Of a stretch of 56,168 nt of DNA, positions 1-11,049 are shown piece after piece. A model generated the notes under the pieces. It saw only the letters and a list, made by a program, of their open reading frames with translations. It was not told the DNA's origin and did no database searches. The position numbers and the translations under genes were made by a program. Positions within the stretch are counted from its first letter, which is position 1; every line of letters starts with the position of its first letter. The stretch is from the IMG/VR virus record IMGVR_UViG_3300044699_000054, positions 64,001-120,168 of that record; one strand, 5' to 3'. The stretch is from a virus (lineage: Duplodnaviria > Heunggongvirae > Uroviricota > Caudoviricetes).

Positions 1-3000
1 GGCAATGATCGCCTTGATGTCATCTCGTTCAACAAGATCAGCAGCTTTGACCTTCGCTGGTGCAGCAACCTTCTTCGCAGCCCGCGTAACCTTTGGCTTC
101 TCTGGCACAGGCAGCCGGGACAGCCGCTTCTGTGCCCCCTCCATGGTTAGAGAACTGGTAACTCGCCCATCACGGTGCAAGTTGCCGTCAGGATCGATCA
201 GGTACCAACGCTTATTGCCACTGTGTTGAACGATGCTCCAACCTGGGTACTCCGGCTGCCGCAGAACCGTTCCCCGGTTCCGGATAACGTCATCAGCTGT
301 TTGCACCTTTGTACTGGCACGAGTCACTGTTGGCTTTGCAGCTTTTACTGCCTTAACTGGAGCAGCTTTCTTCACTGCCTTAGCTGGAGCAGCCTTTACC
401 CTGGTTACTTCTGTGCCACTCCATGGTGTGACCCGGCGACCGTCTGACATGTGGACGACGCCATCATCACTGATGTGGTCGACCACACCACGACTAACTT
501 CACCCCGTCGCCTTGGCCATTCAATCTCGTCGCCTGGCTTCAGGTACTGCTCAAGTTGACTACCGCTGAGCTTCTTAGGGATGCCTCTGACAGCAGCAGG
601 AGCGGCCTTCTTCAACGGAATTGCGCGTCCGGCTCCCTTTTCAGCTACCGGGATCTCAGGAACGGCCTTCTTAGCTGCCCTCGTCACCTTGACCGGGCGC
701 TCAGGTACAGCCTTCTTAACTGCCTTGGCAGGAGCTGGCGTCGGTGTCTCACCTGGGCGCATGTTGCCACGAGCAAGGAACAAGGCCTCGCCGTGCTTCA
801 TAGTTGGGACGCGGCGCCGACGGTCAAGGTAATCGGCCTTGTCCCCAGGCGACAGTGAATCAAACTCCCGACGCTCTACTGCAGACAAGCTGTCAAGGAT
901 CTCTGCGTCAGTGCGCTCTACCGCTGCTGCTCGTGGAGCCCTGGTAGCTGCCTTGGTAACCCGGCGAACACCAAGTGGTTGATCACCCTGCACCGCCACC
1001 TTCAAGCAACCGGCGCCGTAGTGTAGTGACATCCCAGGTGCTGTAGCCCTTCCAGCCACGCTGCTTAGCTTCAGCTCGAAGTCCCCGGATGTCATTCGGG
1101 AGACCGGCTGCCTTGGCGCGCTCCCGCATTGCGGTGACCTCAGCTGGAGTGGCTCTCTCCCGACTGATGGTTGGCTTAGTCGCCTCGGCAACCTTCTTTA
1201 CCGGTGCAGGTACTGCTTTACGGACCGCCTTCTTAGCAGGTGCTGCCTTCTTAGCAGGTGCAGCCTTGGCTACCTTCTTGGCTCGTGGTGCGGCTGGAGC
1301 AGGCCTTGGCCTACCTTCTTTACTGCTTTGGCCGGAGCCCTAGGTGCACCCAGATCTCCAGCAACAATGTCCCGCTCACGTAGACGTGCGATCAGCGGGA
1401 GTCGGCCAATGTCACCAACGTTGCCCTCGACACCATTTTCACGGGCCAGGCGATTCAGATCTGGAATATCCAGGTCGTAAAGGTCCCGCTCTTCTGGTGT
1501 CAGACCAGCGCGTACCCGCTCCCGACGGGCAGTTTGGAATGCCTCTTCTGCTCGCTGAATATCTTCAAACTGACGAACGATTTTGCGCTGATACGAAGTC
1601 TTCGGGCCACCGGCTTTGGCAATTTCCTCAGCTTCTCGGCCAATCTTGTTGTCGCGTTCAAGTCGGGCGCGGACATCAGGTGACAGCTCCCGACGACCAG
1701 CAGCCGGTGCCTCTGGTGCTGCTTCCTCCGGAACCTCTTCACCACGGAGCATGGCGGCAACGCGTGCTACCCGACGCTCACGCTCATCTGTAGGTCCGCC
1801 TCGGGCTTTGATCTCGTCAGCCTGGCGAAGCAACCGCTGCTCAGCTTGACCGAACCGGATCTGCTTCTGCTTCTTCTCCGCTGCAGCAGGTCTTCTCTGC
1901 CTTCTTTACCTCACGGGCTGCTGCAGCCTCGCGTTGACGGATTTCCTTAGCATTTTCGAACCCATACTTGGGATCGTTAGGATCGATGCCGTTCTCGCGA
2001 CCGGTGTCGTCCCAGTCAACCGAGAGCGTTCCATTGCGGTTGCGCTTGACAACCTTGCCCCGTACCAGGTCTCCGTTTTCGTCAGTCCAGAAGATGCCGT
2101 AGCCAGCCCGTGGCTTGACTGCACCCTCACGCTCAGGGAACCGTTCTGCAGCAGGAGCAGCCGCACGGGTAATCTTTGGCCGGCGTCGGCTTCGGGGCTT
2201 GGTGAAACTTAGATCCGGATCCTCAGGATCCATGTCCGGGGTACGGCTGCCGTCACGCCAATCAACAGTGACGCCATCCTCAGTAACACTGACAACGCGA
2301 CCGGTACGAGTGGTGCCTTGGGGCGTGACCTGCTTGACGACATAGCCTTCTTGCGGACCCACGGCCACTTGCGGTGCTGCAGCAGGAGCTGCTTCCCGGA
2401 CCGGAGTTGCTGTCGATGGGGCAGTTCGCTCCGTTTCACTCATGCCACGGATTTCTCGGGCTGCCCGAGAAATCCGCATCTCGTCAAAGTTGTCTTCGTG
2501 CGGGTAATCAGGATTAGCAGCTCGCAGCTTGGCGTCCCGACGAACGATGTCATCCCGTTGTGCCGGAGACATGGCCCGGACGTTGGTGCCACCTTCGGTA
2601 ACGCCCTCCGGCAAAAGTGGTCGCTCAAGCCGACGTCGAAGCTCAGCAATCTCCGCATCCTGGCGGATGATCGTTTGATCCGTCTGCTTTTCCAGTTGCC
2701 GTTGCAGACGCCGCCGTTCCCTAGCGTCTTCACGCCGGATTTTAAGCTCTTCAAGACGTGCCTGGCGCTCCAGGCGACGGGCCTCCATCTCCGCTTGCCT
2801 GGCTGCGCGCCGCTCATCAGCAGTCCGTTGAACTTCCTCAGGCGTAGAGACCTGGCCACGGCCACGATTGCGGCCTTCACGTTGAGCCGCTTCCAGGTCA
2901 CGTGCTTCTCGACTGAGCCGTGGGCGCTCAGGACCCTGATCACCCTCACGGGTTACCCGGCCAGCTCCAAACGGGACTTCTTCTCCAGCCTTCTTAATTG

Positions 3001-4051
3001 CCTTGGCTGGCCTTACCGCCTTGACAGGTGGGCCAGCCTCAAGAGGCGTAGTTGGCCCCAAGCCCACTTCACCGGGAGCTGGTGTTCCAGCTGGAGGTAT
3101 CGGTGAGGAGATAGGGGTTCCATCAGGATTAAGTCCCCGACGGCGGAACTCTTCTGGTGTGGCTTCAACGCCGGGGGTTATCTCTCGTGGTCCCAGTTTC
3201 TTGCCAAGTGCGCGTGGGGCTTCTCCCTTCCCACGCATGTGGCTTGGGGTCGCCACGGCGTACACATAGTGCCCACCGGGGTGCTGCTCTACCCGAATGA
3301 TGCGGAGGTTCTGGTCCTTGTCCAGGTGGACATTGCCGACGCCACTTTCACCGAAGATGGCTCTGGTGCCAGCTGGTGCCGCAATCGACAACGTGACATG
3401 TGGTCCAGCCTTGCCATGCCGCTGAAGCTCAGCAGGATCGATAGGGTTACCGATCTTAGTCGGCTGAAATCCCTTGTCCCGAACAAGCCGACCAGTCCAC
3501 TCCTCCAGTTGATCAGCAGTTTGTGGAGTAAGTCCGAACGCGTCATAGTCCATCGTCCGGGTCAGCAGCATGTCCTGATCCGTCGGCCGGACCATGGCCT
3601 CCATGGTGTGGATCTCTCGGCTTGGAACCGGTACGGGCTTGTCGGTTCCTTCCGGGATCCACATCTTCGTCTGAAGATCCGCATCCTCGCGCAGTGCCCG
3701 CTGAATAGCGTCGTTCCCGGCCGGCGTTTCGAAGTCGGCTAGGACCTTGCGCTGCTCTGGGGTATAGCGAGCTGAGCGACCAATACCATCGGTAAAGTCG
3801 TTGGCTTCCTTTTGAGATTTGAATGTCTTGTGTTGGAAGCGGGCTAGAGCGTTATCAATGCCCCGTTGAACTGCCGGGGGGAGCCGAAAGGAGTCGCGGA
3901 ATTTGCCGAATCGGTCACGTGGGTGAAGTTCGGCATGCCAGGGCAACATCCGGTTAGCGGCAATCGCCTGCTGCAGATTCCGTACTGCGGCTGCAGCCTT
4001 CTTCTCAGAACGGCGAACAATCCGTGCTGCCTTCCGGACAATCCTGGCCAC
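1..4051 (-). CDS. Giant head-associated protein (>1300 aa, runs off the left edge): N-terminal VIP2/ADP-ribosyltransferase-like fold, then SH3-like and HeH/Rho_N-like repeats separated by K/A/P-rich linkers; broken by 3 apparent frameshifts (~1890, ~1300, ~985)
   Basis: ORFs 1841-4051 and 1270-1833 and the open frames below them join into continuous protein-like text (KAVKKAAP repeats). Motifs HPRDRFGKF, LLTR..AFG, DKGF, IAAPAGT match the ART layout. Lies in the head operon. Confidence 0.7.
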
Positions 4052-4061
4052 TTCAGCTCAA

Positions 4062-5243
4062 CTACTCCTCTTCGGTGTCGTCCTGAAGAGCTTCTTCTTC
4101 CTGGATCTGCTGGTAGCGCGCGTTGAACTGAATGAAGATTTGGTCTCCAATAGCATCGCGTGATTTGGGCGAATCCGCTAGCTCCATTCGCTCCTTATCA
4201 AGGAGCGCCAACTGAGCCATTCTGCGCTCACGCTGGTGCGCCTCCAGATCCGCTTCAATAGCGGCCAGGCGCTGCATTCTTTCGCTGACTTCTGGAGCCA
4301 TCTGCACAACTTCAGAGTCCACAGGAACGCCAGAGCCGTTTTCGTCTTCAGCCATGCTGAATTCTCCCAACGCGGTGTCATCTTGCCCGAGTACGCCAAC
4401 CGCCATCAGGCTGAAGGCATGACCACCCTGCTCCCGGTAGATCGGGAAGCCAGGGTTGTTCACAGCCAGCGCAGCGATCAGCTCCAGGTTTCCATTGACC
4501 TCGCGCCAGTCACCGGACAGGGCAGACGCACGAAGTTCAGCAGTTCGTTCCGGAGTCATCGTCGTGGTTAGCGCGCCGTTGACCCAGATACCGTGCTTGT
4601 CCTCGCCGACGTTGACCACAGCTGCTGCCCAGCCTGTGTTGTCGTAGTGCTCACGGCTAGGCATCACGCCCCAATGTGGATTGGCGTGACCGGTACCAAG
4701 GGTGATCTTCCCGATCTTGGCACTGGTTCCGTCATCGAGCTTCACGATGCCTTGGCGGAAGAGCCCATAGTCAGTGCGGCTCTTGGGTGCGATCACGCAG
4801 GACTTACCCACACCCACATGGCACACCTTCCACTGAGCCAGGTGGCCGTAGATGTGGCCGTCTTCGTCAATAGTCAGGTGCGTGGGCGCCGCGAGTTCCG
4901 GGTTGCGGAACCAGGAGGCCGGCGGTTCCAGCGGTGCGGCACCGGCAAGGAGTGACCCCTGGTCCGTGCTCGCCAGATCAGCTGACATTTCCCCTGAAGA
5001 ATTCTCATCCTCCGCAATATTGACGCCATACTTCTTCAACGCCTCCTTGATACGGCCCTTGATTAGCTTCAGTTGAGCAGGGCTGTACTTTGCGGCGTTC
5101 TTGGGCATATTGATATATGCCCAGGCAGCTCTGCAGTGTTCCTCACTATCGAGTGGGTACCGGGCCACGCCATCAGGCTGGTAGCCAGGATCTGCGTAGT
5201 GAACTTCGGACTTCGGTCCGTACGGTGTCTTGTCAGCCATCAT
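4062..5243 (-). CDS. Capsid maturation protease-associated protein (C-terminal module of actinophage maturation proteins plus an N-terminal YPLDSEEHCRAAWAYIN domain)
   Basis: Motifs GHLAQWKVCH, YDNTG, VGEDKHGIW, LSGDWR, ALAVNNPGF; GGAG RBS; position. Confidence 0.7.
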   Translation of the reverse strand: MMADKTPYGPKSEVHYADPGYQPDGVARYPLDSEEHCRAAWAYINMPKNAAKYSPAQLKLIKGRIKEALKKYGVNIAEDENSSGEMSADLASTDQGSLLAGAAPLEPPASWFRNPELAAPTHLTIDEDGHIYGHLAQWKVCHVGVGKSCVIAPKSRTDYGLFRQGIVKLDDGTSAKIGKITLGTGHANPHWGVMPSREHYDNTGWAAAVVNVGEDKHGIWVNGALTTTMTPERTAELRASALSGDWREVNGNLELIAALAVNNPGFPIYREQGGHAFSLMAVGVLGQDDTALGEFSMAEDENGSGVPVDSEVVQMAPEVSERMQRLAAIEADLEAHQRERRMAQLALLDKERMELADSPKSRDAIGDQIFIQFNARYQQIQEEEALQDDTEEE

Positions 5244-5250
5244 CTGCTCC

Positions 5251-6480
5251 CTAGTAGCCGCACTTCATGCAGAAGCCGTTGTCGAAGTGGCAGCCGTTCG
5301 GTCCGTAGGACTCTTTTTCTTCGTCCATGCTCTTCACTACGTCCATCGGCATCATTTCTGCCTGATACGGGGTAGCAAAATTGACAGAAACACTGGTGAT
5401 CGGGGTCGTGTAACCACCGATAGTGAACATGCTTGGGTTCGTAGTAGTTGCTGTTAACTGCGGAATCACCACGGGGTTTTCCATGACCCTCTCTCCTTGC
5501 TCTTGATCTACGACAAATCCATTGTCGCAACCACAGTCTTCCGGATCAGCTGTTGATACGGAAGCCTGCTCCTGACGCACGCCTGTCATGAATGGAGACA
5601 CAAGGTTGTCGTCCTGAAAGGCATCCGCCAGGGCAGCATAAATTTCGTTGATAACAGGGATCATGTGTCCCTTGTCCTGATCAGGGATATTGGGTAAACC
5701 CCCATGTGCCCCTGACAGCAACGCCGCCGCTGAATAGACAGCGTGATAAACGAGGTACGGCTGGTTGTTGATGATGTCCTGCTAGCGGAGTCGGAAGGAA
5801 TCTTGCGCCAGCGAGTCACCAACCTCATTGCCCCGGCGCCAGAGGAATGTCGACGCGTACCGGTCAATGCTCGGGCTCTCCGAACCAATCCCAGCCCAGT
5901 AGGCGATCCGCTTCACCGCATCGTCGGCGTCGAAGACGTACTCCCGAGGAGCAATCGGCCAGGACTTCCAAGAGGATCCGTTGACGTCGAAGAACTCCCA
6001 GTCGCTGGCGTCGATACCCACCGAGGCCAGCAGCACCTTGTCTTCTGGTGATTCGACGCTCATGTGCACCTGATGGAAAGCCGGCATTGGTACCAGCGTC
6101 ACGCCGATGACGTTGTACTCCTTGAACAGGCCAGCCTTCTTATCAGGCCGGGTGGGATGCTTTATGGCCTCCACCGTGAAGTCACGGTCCAGATCCACGC
6201 TGGGTCCCATGACATGTTCCTTGAGCATGTAGATGGCCTTGGGTACCTCAGGGACTTGACCAGGATCCAGGAAGTCGCCCTCGCCCCAGTAGCCACCAGG
6301 ACCGTCGAAGATGCTGTTGACCTTCCCTACGACAACCGCGCCATCGTGCCCGCCGGACGAAAACCGAACCAGTAACGGCATTGGTGTCGGACGGTGGGTC
6401 AGTTTCCCAGCTGCGAAGATCCGGCCATCGCCAGTAGGAACCTCAGTGGGCGCAATCAAACCCCTCCAGCGAACGGTCAC
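5251..6480 (-). CDS. Prohead (capsid maturation) protease, with an apparent internal TAG at 5782-5784
   Basis: WRGLIAP..TGDGR, GPSVDLD, GVTLVPMPAF. The reading frame continues in phase past the TAG into 5251-5721. Confidence 0.7.
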
Positions 6481-7204
6481 GCTGCACCTTCCAAGATCCG
6501 CAAATCACATCGGCAGTTGATCACGTTATGAGGAGAACCATTAGGAGCGCCGGGAAACAGCAGCAGCTCACCACCGACAAGAAACGGCTGATTAAGTGGC
6601 CGGGTCTGGTCATTGGCATCGTGGTGCCAAGCTCGTTCCTTACTGTCCATCCGGGTGTCCCACTGCTTCTGCAGGTTCTGTTGGCCGTTCTTTTCACGTA
6701 GCAGACCGTGTGCCAACATGCTGGAGTTGTAGTGCCGTGTGAGTTCAGTCTGGGCAATAACCTTGGCTCGATTGTCCCAGTTTTCCGATCCTGTATATGA
6801 CAGCACATTATTAATGCGGTCAGCAATTTGCTGGTTTGTTTCCCCAACATTCGTGCCTTCAAGAATCTCCTTGACAACCAAGGCATGAACTTCATCCGGG
6901 ATACGTACCAGAAGATTTCGCGTCAATGCGAGGTTGGCCTGGATGTATGGGTCTTGCGGGTCGTAGTCTGCCAGGAAGGTCAGCAGGCTGCCCAGCCCTC
7001 TCGAAGAGCAGGCGTCAGCGCCTCCAAAATCTTGTCCACTTGCGCTTGCCAAACAGGAATGGTGGTGCCGATAGCCGTCGGGTCTGGCTGAGCCTTAAAT
7101 CTCTTCCATGGCGCCATAACCGACTGTCGGGCTCGATCCAACCAAGTACGTAGCCCCTGTTTGGCCGCTTCATAGATGGACTTCTCGGCTCCTTCGCTAG
7201 GCAT
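6477..7204 (-). CDS. MuF/SPP1 gp7-like head morphogenesis protein (frameshift ~6990)
   Basis: RAKVIAQTE, KQWDT..D..ER..H, VINCRC motifs; N-terminus in ORF 6980-7204. Confidence 0.85.
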
Positions 7205-9138
7205 GTATCACCCCATCCGATCTCAGATGGGCTAACAACGTGGCAGGCTCATGACGTTGTTGGCTTAGCAGAAGCCGAGAACAGTACTTATGCAGTGAGT
7301 CCTGCAGCCGGCCGGTATCAAAGTCAGCGGCCACGAACTTCGTCAGTGCTTCGAGGTAGTCCCAGGCATTGGTCAGCACCCGGTTAGCACGGGCTTGATC
7401 GGCCACCAGGATCCGGGTGTGCAGCTCGAAGGTTGGTACATCTGGCCACCGGTTACGGTTCTCGCGATCGAGCAGCCGCTTACCAGCCAACTCCAGTGCC
7501 CGGTGAACAGTCGCTTCAGCCAGGACGACGACGCCCATCTCCTGTAGCTGCTGTCGACTGGCACCAGCTTGGATTCCGGTTGGCGGTGCTGCTGCACCGA
7601 CCGAGATCAGGTGGCGGTGGACCACCCATACCGTTATTGGTATCCGGGATCCCCATCGGGATTCCTGGCTCAATACCCGTAGGCGGTGGCGGCGGTGGAG
7701 GTGGGCCAAACCCGCCGCCACCGGGTCCCATGGAGACACTCTGTGGCGTAGGTGCGATCATCGCTGACTGCGGAATGATCGATTCTGGGATGCCAGCTGC
7801 ATGACGAACGGATTCGTTCTGCAGCAATTGTGGGTCTCGGAGCAGGATTTCTTGGATGAACCGGCGAGCACGTTCCTCTTCATCGGGAGCGTCGGACTCT
7901 TTGAAGAAGCCAGCTTCACGAAGAGCTTGCTCGCTCAGTGGTCCCTTTTCGTAGACGTTCAGGGCGTCCTGGAGCCGCTGTGGCCGGACAACCAAAGGAG
8001 CGGTGTCAAAGCTATAGACATACCGCTCCGGGTCCTTGCCCATTAACTCCAGGGCAGGAATTAGATATGCCCGAGTTAACGCGTCACAGATGCGGTTCAT
8101 CAACGGTTCGATGTGGACCTTGATGCCCTGGCCATCAATCAGGTATCCCTGCCAATGGTTGGCCCCACCAAGGCCACTGAGGACTTCTGGCGGCATGTCC
8201 ATGCCTACACCGAGACGCTCAACAGCTTCCTTGCGAAGTTCCATGGCCTGCTTAGACAGCTCAGACTCAAAGGTCAGTAGCTTCCAGCCGTCGGCTTTAT
8301 CGGACTCCACGATGTGGGGCAGGACGCCAAGGGCGGATCCCTCGCCACGGAGGCTGGCAGCTCCAGCAGTGGCCAGTCGAATCATCAGTGATTCGGAATT
8401 ATTGGTGGCGCCTTCCTCCATCGGAAGGTCGACGTCATTGGGCATGATCAGGATGCCGGCACCAACAAGCCGAGAGTCAATTTGACTGAAGATGTATTTA
8501 GTCAGCTGCTCCAGTTCACGAAGAACCAGCTGGCACGAACGCGATGGGGAATCAGCACACCAAACACGACTTGGGTGTGGCGTCCAGACACGGGTAATGA
8601 CGTTGCGGGCCAGATCCAGCTTGAACGGATTTCCGTCAGGCAGATACCAAGCCCATTGCCACTCTCCATTCGCTGATTGCACGCGTCGCATCTCTGACGA
8701 CGACAGTACGTACCACTGATCCCGGCCTTTTTCTCCTGGGCGACCGACGATATAGGACTCACCGGCCACTGTCAGGTTGATGCCTAAAGCTCGAAGAGCT
8801 TCGGCCTTAGCTGCTGGACCACCCAAAAGTGTGTCCGCCAGGGCATTAATTTTCTGGTCCTTGACTTCACCCTGAACTCGACCCAGTTCATCGACCTTGG
8901 CGACGTAGATCCGGACCCGAGAACAACACTGCCCCACCCAGCGAGCAGCGAATCCGAACTCAGGAACGATGTCGTAGAGCCGCCACAGTTCTCTTTGCCA
9001 GCTCTCATCCCGGAACTTCCATAGGTTGTAGCTCAGGTCACTGAGGTTCGTTCGGATGGCAGAGGCAACCAGTGACCGTCTGCGGACGGGCGGATCAACA
9101 CTGGCGGTGAGTGCTTTATTGCTTCTGCCAAACGCCAT
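7197..9138 (-). CDS. Portal protein (frameshift ~7610)
   Basis: Size, WQRELWRLYDIVPE...SRVRIYVA and PSRSCQLVLRELEQL..IDSRL.GAGIL motifs, Pro-rich tail, position upstream of MuF. Confidence 0.85.
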
Positions 9139-9141
9139 ATG

Positions 9142-9438
9142 CTATCGGCCTTCCAGCCTGCTCAGCAGGCCAACAACGTACGCGATTGCGAACCAGGTCG
9201 GAGCTGCTAACCACCACTCATGTAATGGAAGCATCGTAAAGCTCCAAAGAATAGCTCCTGGCAGGGAAATCCAGGCGCCAGCACACCAGGCACAGTGAAC
9301 CAATATCGCGGCTTGGGAGTCGTCACCCCATTTTTCAATAACCCAGCGGCGAAAAGGCCGAGAAATGTCGTCCGAAGTAATGAGACGAGTAACCCTTGCA
9401 ACGGCAAGTGTCACAAGGATTAGAGACCCCCATAGCAT
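9142..9438 (-). CDS. DUF1360-like small membrane protein
   Basis: LAVARVTRLITSDDI...VHCAWCAGAW pattern, usual upstream of actinophage portals. Confidence 0.7.
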   Translation of the reverse strand: MLWGSLILVTLAVARVTRLITSDDISRPFRRWVIEKWGDDSQAAILVHCAWCAGAWISLPGAILWSFTMLPLHEWWLAAPTWFAIAYVVGLLSRLEGR

Positions 9439-9534
9439 GCCGCAATCCTAATATCAAGATTAGGAATAAAGTAGCTAGGCGCGGTAACACCCACTAGAAA
9501 AACCCGAATATAAGGATGCGAATAACTTTGTCAG

Positions 9535-9563
9535 TGGACAGCATCCCCACATAGGGGTACTGT
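9535..9563 (+). promoter_or_regulatory. SigA-type promoter TGGACA-17-TACTGT, giving a probably leaderless mRNA
   Basis: Hexamers and spacing; GTG start 6 nt downstream. Confidence 0.55.
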
Positions 9564-9569
9564 GCTCTT

Positions 9570-9974
9570 GTGGCCTACAATCCCGCCCTCAAGGTCTCTA
9601 TGGCAGAGGCCATGACCGTCGCCTGTCCGAAGTGCTACGTGCCTGCACATAAGAGATGTGTGTACTTGCTGGGAGCTAAGAACGGCTCTGTGGCCATGGG
9701 TGGTCCTATGGACCGATGTCACCCAGCTCGGGCACGGGCTGCGCGGCGACTCCAGTACGAGAGCCTGAGCCACAGATCAGTACGCAGGGCACTTCAGGAG
9801 TTCGATCGCCGGGAGTACGAGGCTCTACGGGAATGGTTGAATCTTCATGGATCTCTGTTCAAGCACACCTGCTGCTGGCGCAGGGTTGACAGACCCCCAT
9901 GTACGGGTGCTACAGTGGAGCCTGCCCTTCAGTCGTTGGGGGACGGGAAGGGCGACAGGTGCAGCTGGGCATAG
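9570..9974 (+). CDS. Zinc-finger-like hypothetical protein (3' end uncertain)
   Basis: CPKC...C...CH motif. Confidence 0.5.
   Translation: MAYNPALKVSMAEAMTVACPKCYVPAHKRCVYLLGAKNGSVAMGGPMDRCHPARARAARRLQYESLSHRSVRRALQEFDRREYEALREWLNLHGSLFKHTCCWRRVDRPPCTGATVEPALQSLGDGKGDRCSWA
9886..9916 (+). promoter_or_regulatory. Promoter TTGACA-19-TACAGT with CCCCCATGTACGGG in the spacer
   Basis: Read directly from sequence. Confidence 0.55.
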
Positions 9975-10058
9975 GAGCCGGGAGACGGTCCCGGACCACG
10001 TAATCACCATCCGTATCCTGAACACCGCTGCACCTACTACGGCACTGGTACGAGGTAC

Positions 10059-10087
10059 TTGACAACACCCCCATGTAGGGGTAGATT
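10059..10087 (+). promoter_or_regulatory. Promoter TTGACA-17-TAGATT with CCCCCATGTAGGGG in the spacer
   Basis: Read directly from sequence. Confidence 0.7.
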
Positions 10088-10089
10088 CG

Positions 10090-10310
10090 AAAGTGGTTGG
10101 TCCACGACGCCGGGAACATGGTTGTCAGGGATGAGCTACGGGATTTACAGTCAGCTGACGAACCCGCCCTGCTGACCCAGAAGGAGGAGACAGTGTTGAC
10201 GACGCAATCACACGCTGTCTCCTCCTTCTGCCTCAAAGGCAATCTCTTGCTGACCACCGATCGTCAGCCGAAGCACGAGCAGGCGACAGTGGATGGCTAA
10301 CTAGATCTTG
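10090..10310 (+). ncRNA. Candidate ~220-nt structured RNA
   Basis: Own promoter and terminator; perfect 16-bp stem 10178-10193/10215-10230. Confidence 0.45.
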
Positions 10311-10321
10311 AGCAGAGATCC

Positions 10322-10358
10322 AAGAGCCGTCCTGAGGTCTACAGGATGGCTCTTTTCT
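10322..10358 (+). terminator. Intrinsic terminator
   Basis: AAGAGCCGTCCTG-loop-CAGGATGGCTCTT followed by TT. Confidence 0.7.
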
Positions 10359-10370
10359 AACTACACATAT

Positions 10371-10438
10371 GGGTGTGATGCAGCGGCAAGCATGGCTGTC
10401 TCCAAAGCAGCTCACGAGGGTTCGAGTCCTTCCACCCA
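10371..10438 (+). tRNA. trnW: tRNA-Trp(CCA)
   Basis: Loop CTCCAAA, GGTTCGAGTCC; acceptor slightly short. Confidence 0.75.
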
Positions 10439-10529
10439 TGCGCAGTTACCGGGGAACCGGTGACCAGTTCTTTGTCAACTCCACAGTGGACAGCATAAGG
10501 TCCCGGCATATAGCGGCCTGGGACCTCAT

Positions 10530-10602
10530 CGGATGCGAGGCAGATGGTTAGCCACTTGGCCTGGGACCAAGCATAAGCAGAGTTCGATTCTCTGGCATCC
10601 GA
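10530..10602 (+). tRNA. trnP: tRNA-Pro(TGG)
   Basis: CTTGG-CCTGGGA-CCAAG. Confidence 0.85.
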
Positions 10603-10679
10603 CGAGTAGTAGCAGTACAGAGAGTTGCCGCATTGGCTGCTACAGGCAGGGGTGAGCGACCCTTCTCATTTCGCTCAAT

Positions 10680-10753
10680 GGGCTTGTGGCGCAGGCTGGT
10701 AGCGCGTCTGTCTGGCAGACAGAAGGTCCCCGGTTCGAATCCGGGTAGGTCCA
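10680..10753 (+). tRNA. trnA: tRNA-Ala(GGC)
   Basis: TCTGT-CTGGCAG-ACAGA, G3:U70. Confidence 0.9.
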
Positions 10754-10754
10754 C

Positions 10755-10829
10755 GGGGCTGTAGTTTAATCCGGTTAAAACGCCTGGTTCGCAGCCAAGC
10801 AGAACCGAGTTCGAGGCTCGGTGGCTCCA
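10755..10829 (+). tRNA. trnA: tRNA-Ala(CGC)
   Basis: Loop TTCGCAG, G3:U70. Confidence 0.8.
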
Positions 10830-10831
10830 CT

Positions 10832-10902
10832 TGGGGGTGGTCTGATCCAAGGCACTGGACATAGGTCCAGAGACGCGGGTACCAAATCCCGTCCCCCATC
10901 CA
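10832..10902 (+). tRNA. Atypical tRNA-like gene (CTGGAC-ATAG-GTCCAG anticodon arm, non-canonical T-loop, encoded CCA)
   Basis: Cloverleaf-like with Gln-type T1-A72 ends; no 7-nt anticodon loop. Confidence 0.5.
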
Positions 10903-10903
10903 A

Positions 10904-10975
10904 GCCCTTTTAGCTTAGTTGGTAGAGCAGCGGTCTGAAGAATCGCGAGCCCCGGTTCGATTCCGGGTAAGGGCA
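10904..10975 (+). tRNA. trnF: tRNA-Phe(GAA)
   Basis: Loop CTGAAGA. Confidence 0.9.
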
Positions 10976-10976
10976 C

Positions 10977-11049
10977 GCACCGTTGGAGTAATGGTCATCT
11001 CACCTGCCTCTCAAGCAGGAGATTATCGGTTCGAGTCCGATACGGCGCA
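10977..11049 (+). tRNA. trnE: tRNA-Glu(CTC)
   Basis: CCTGC-CTCTCAA-GCAGG. Confidence 0.9.
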
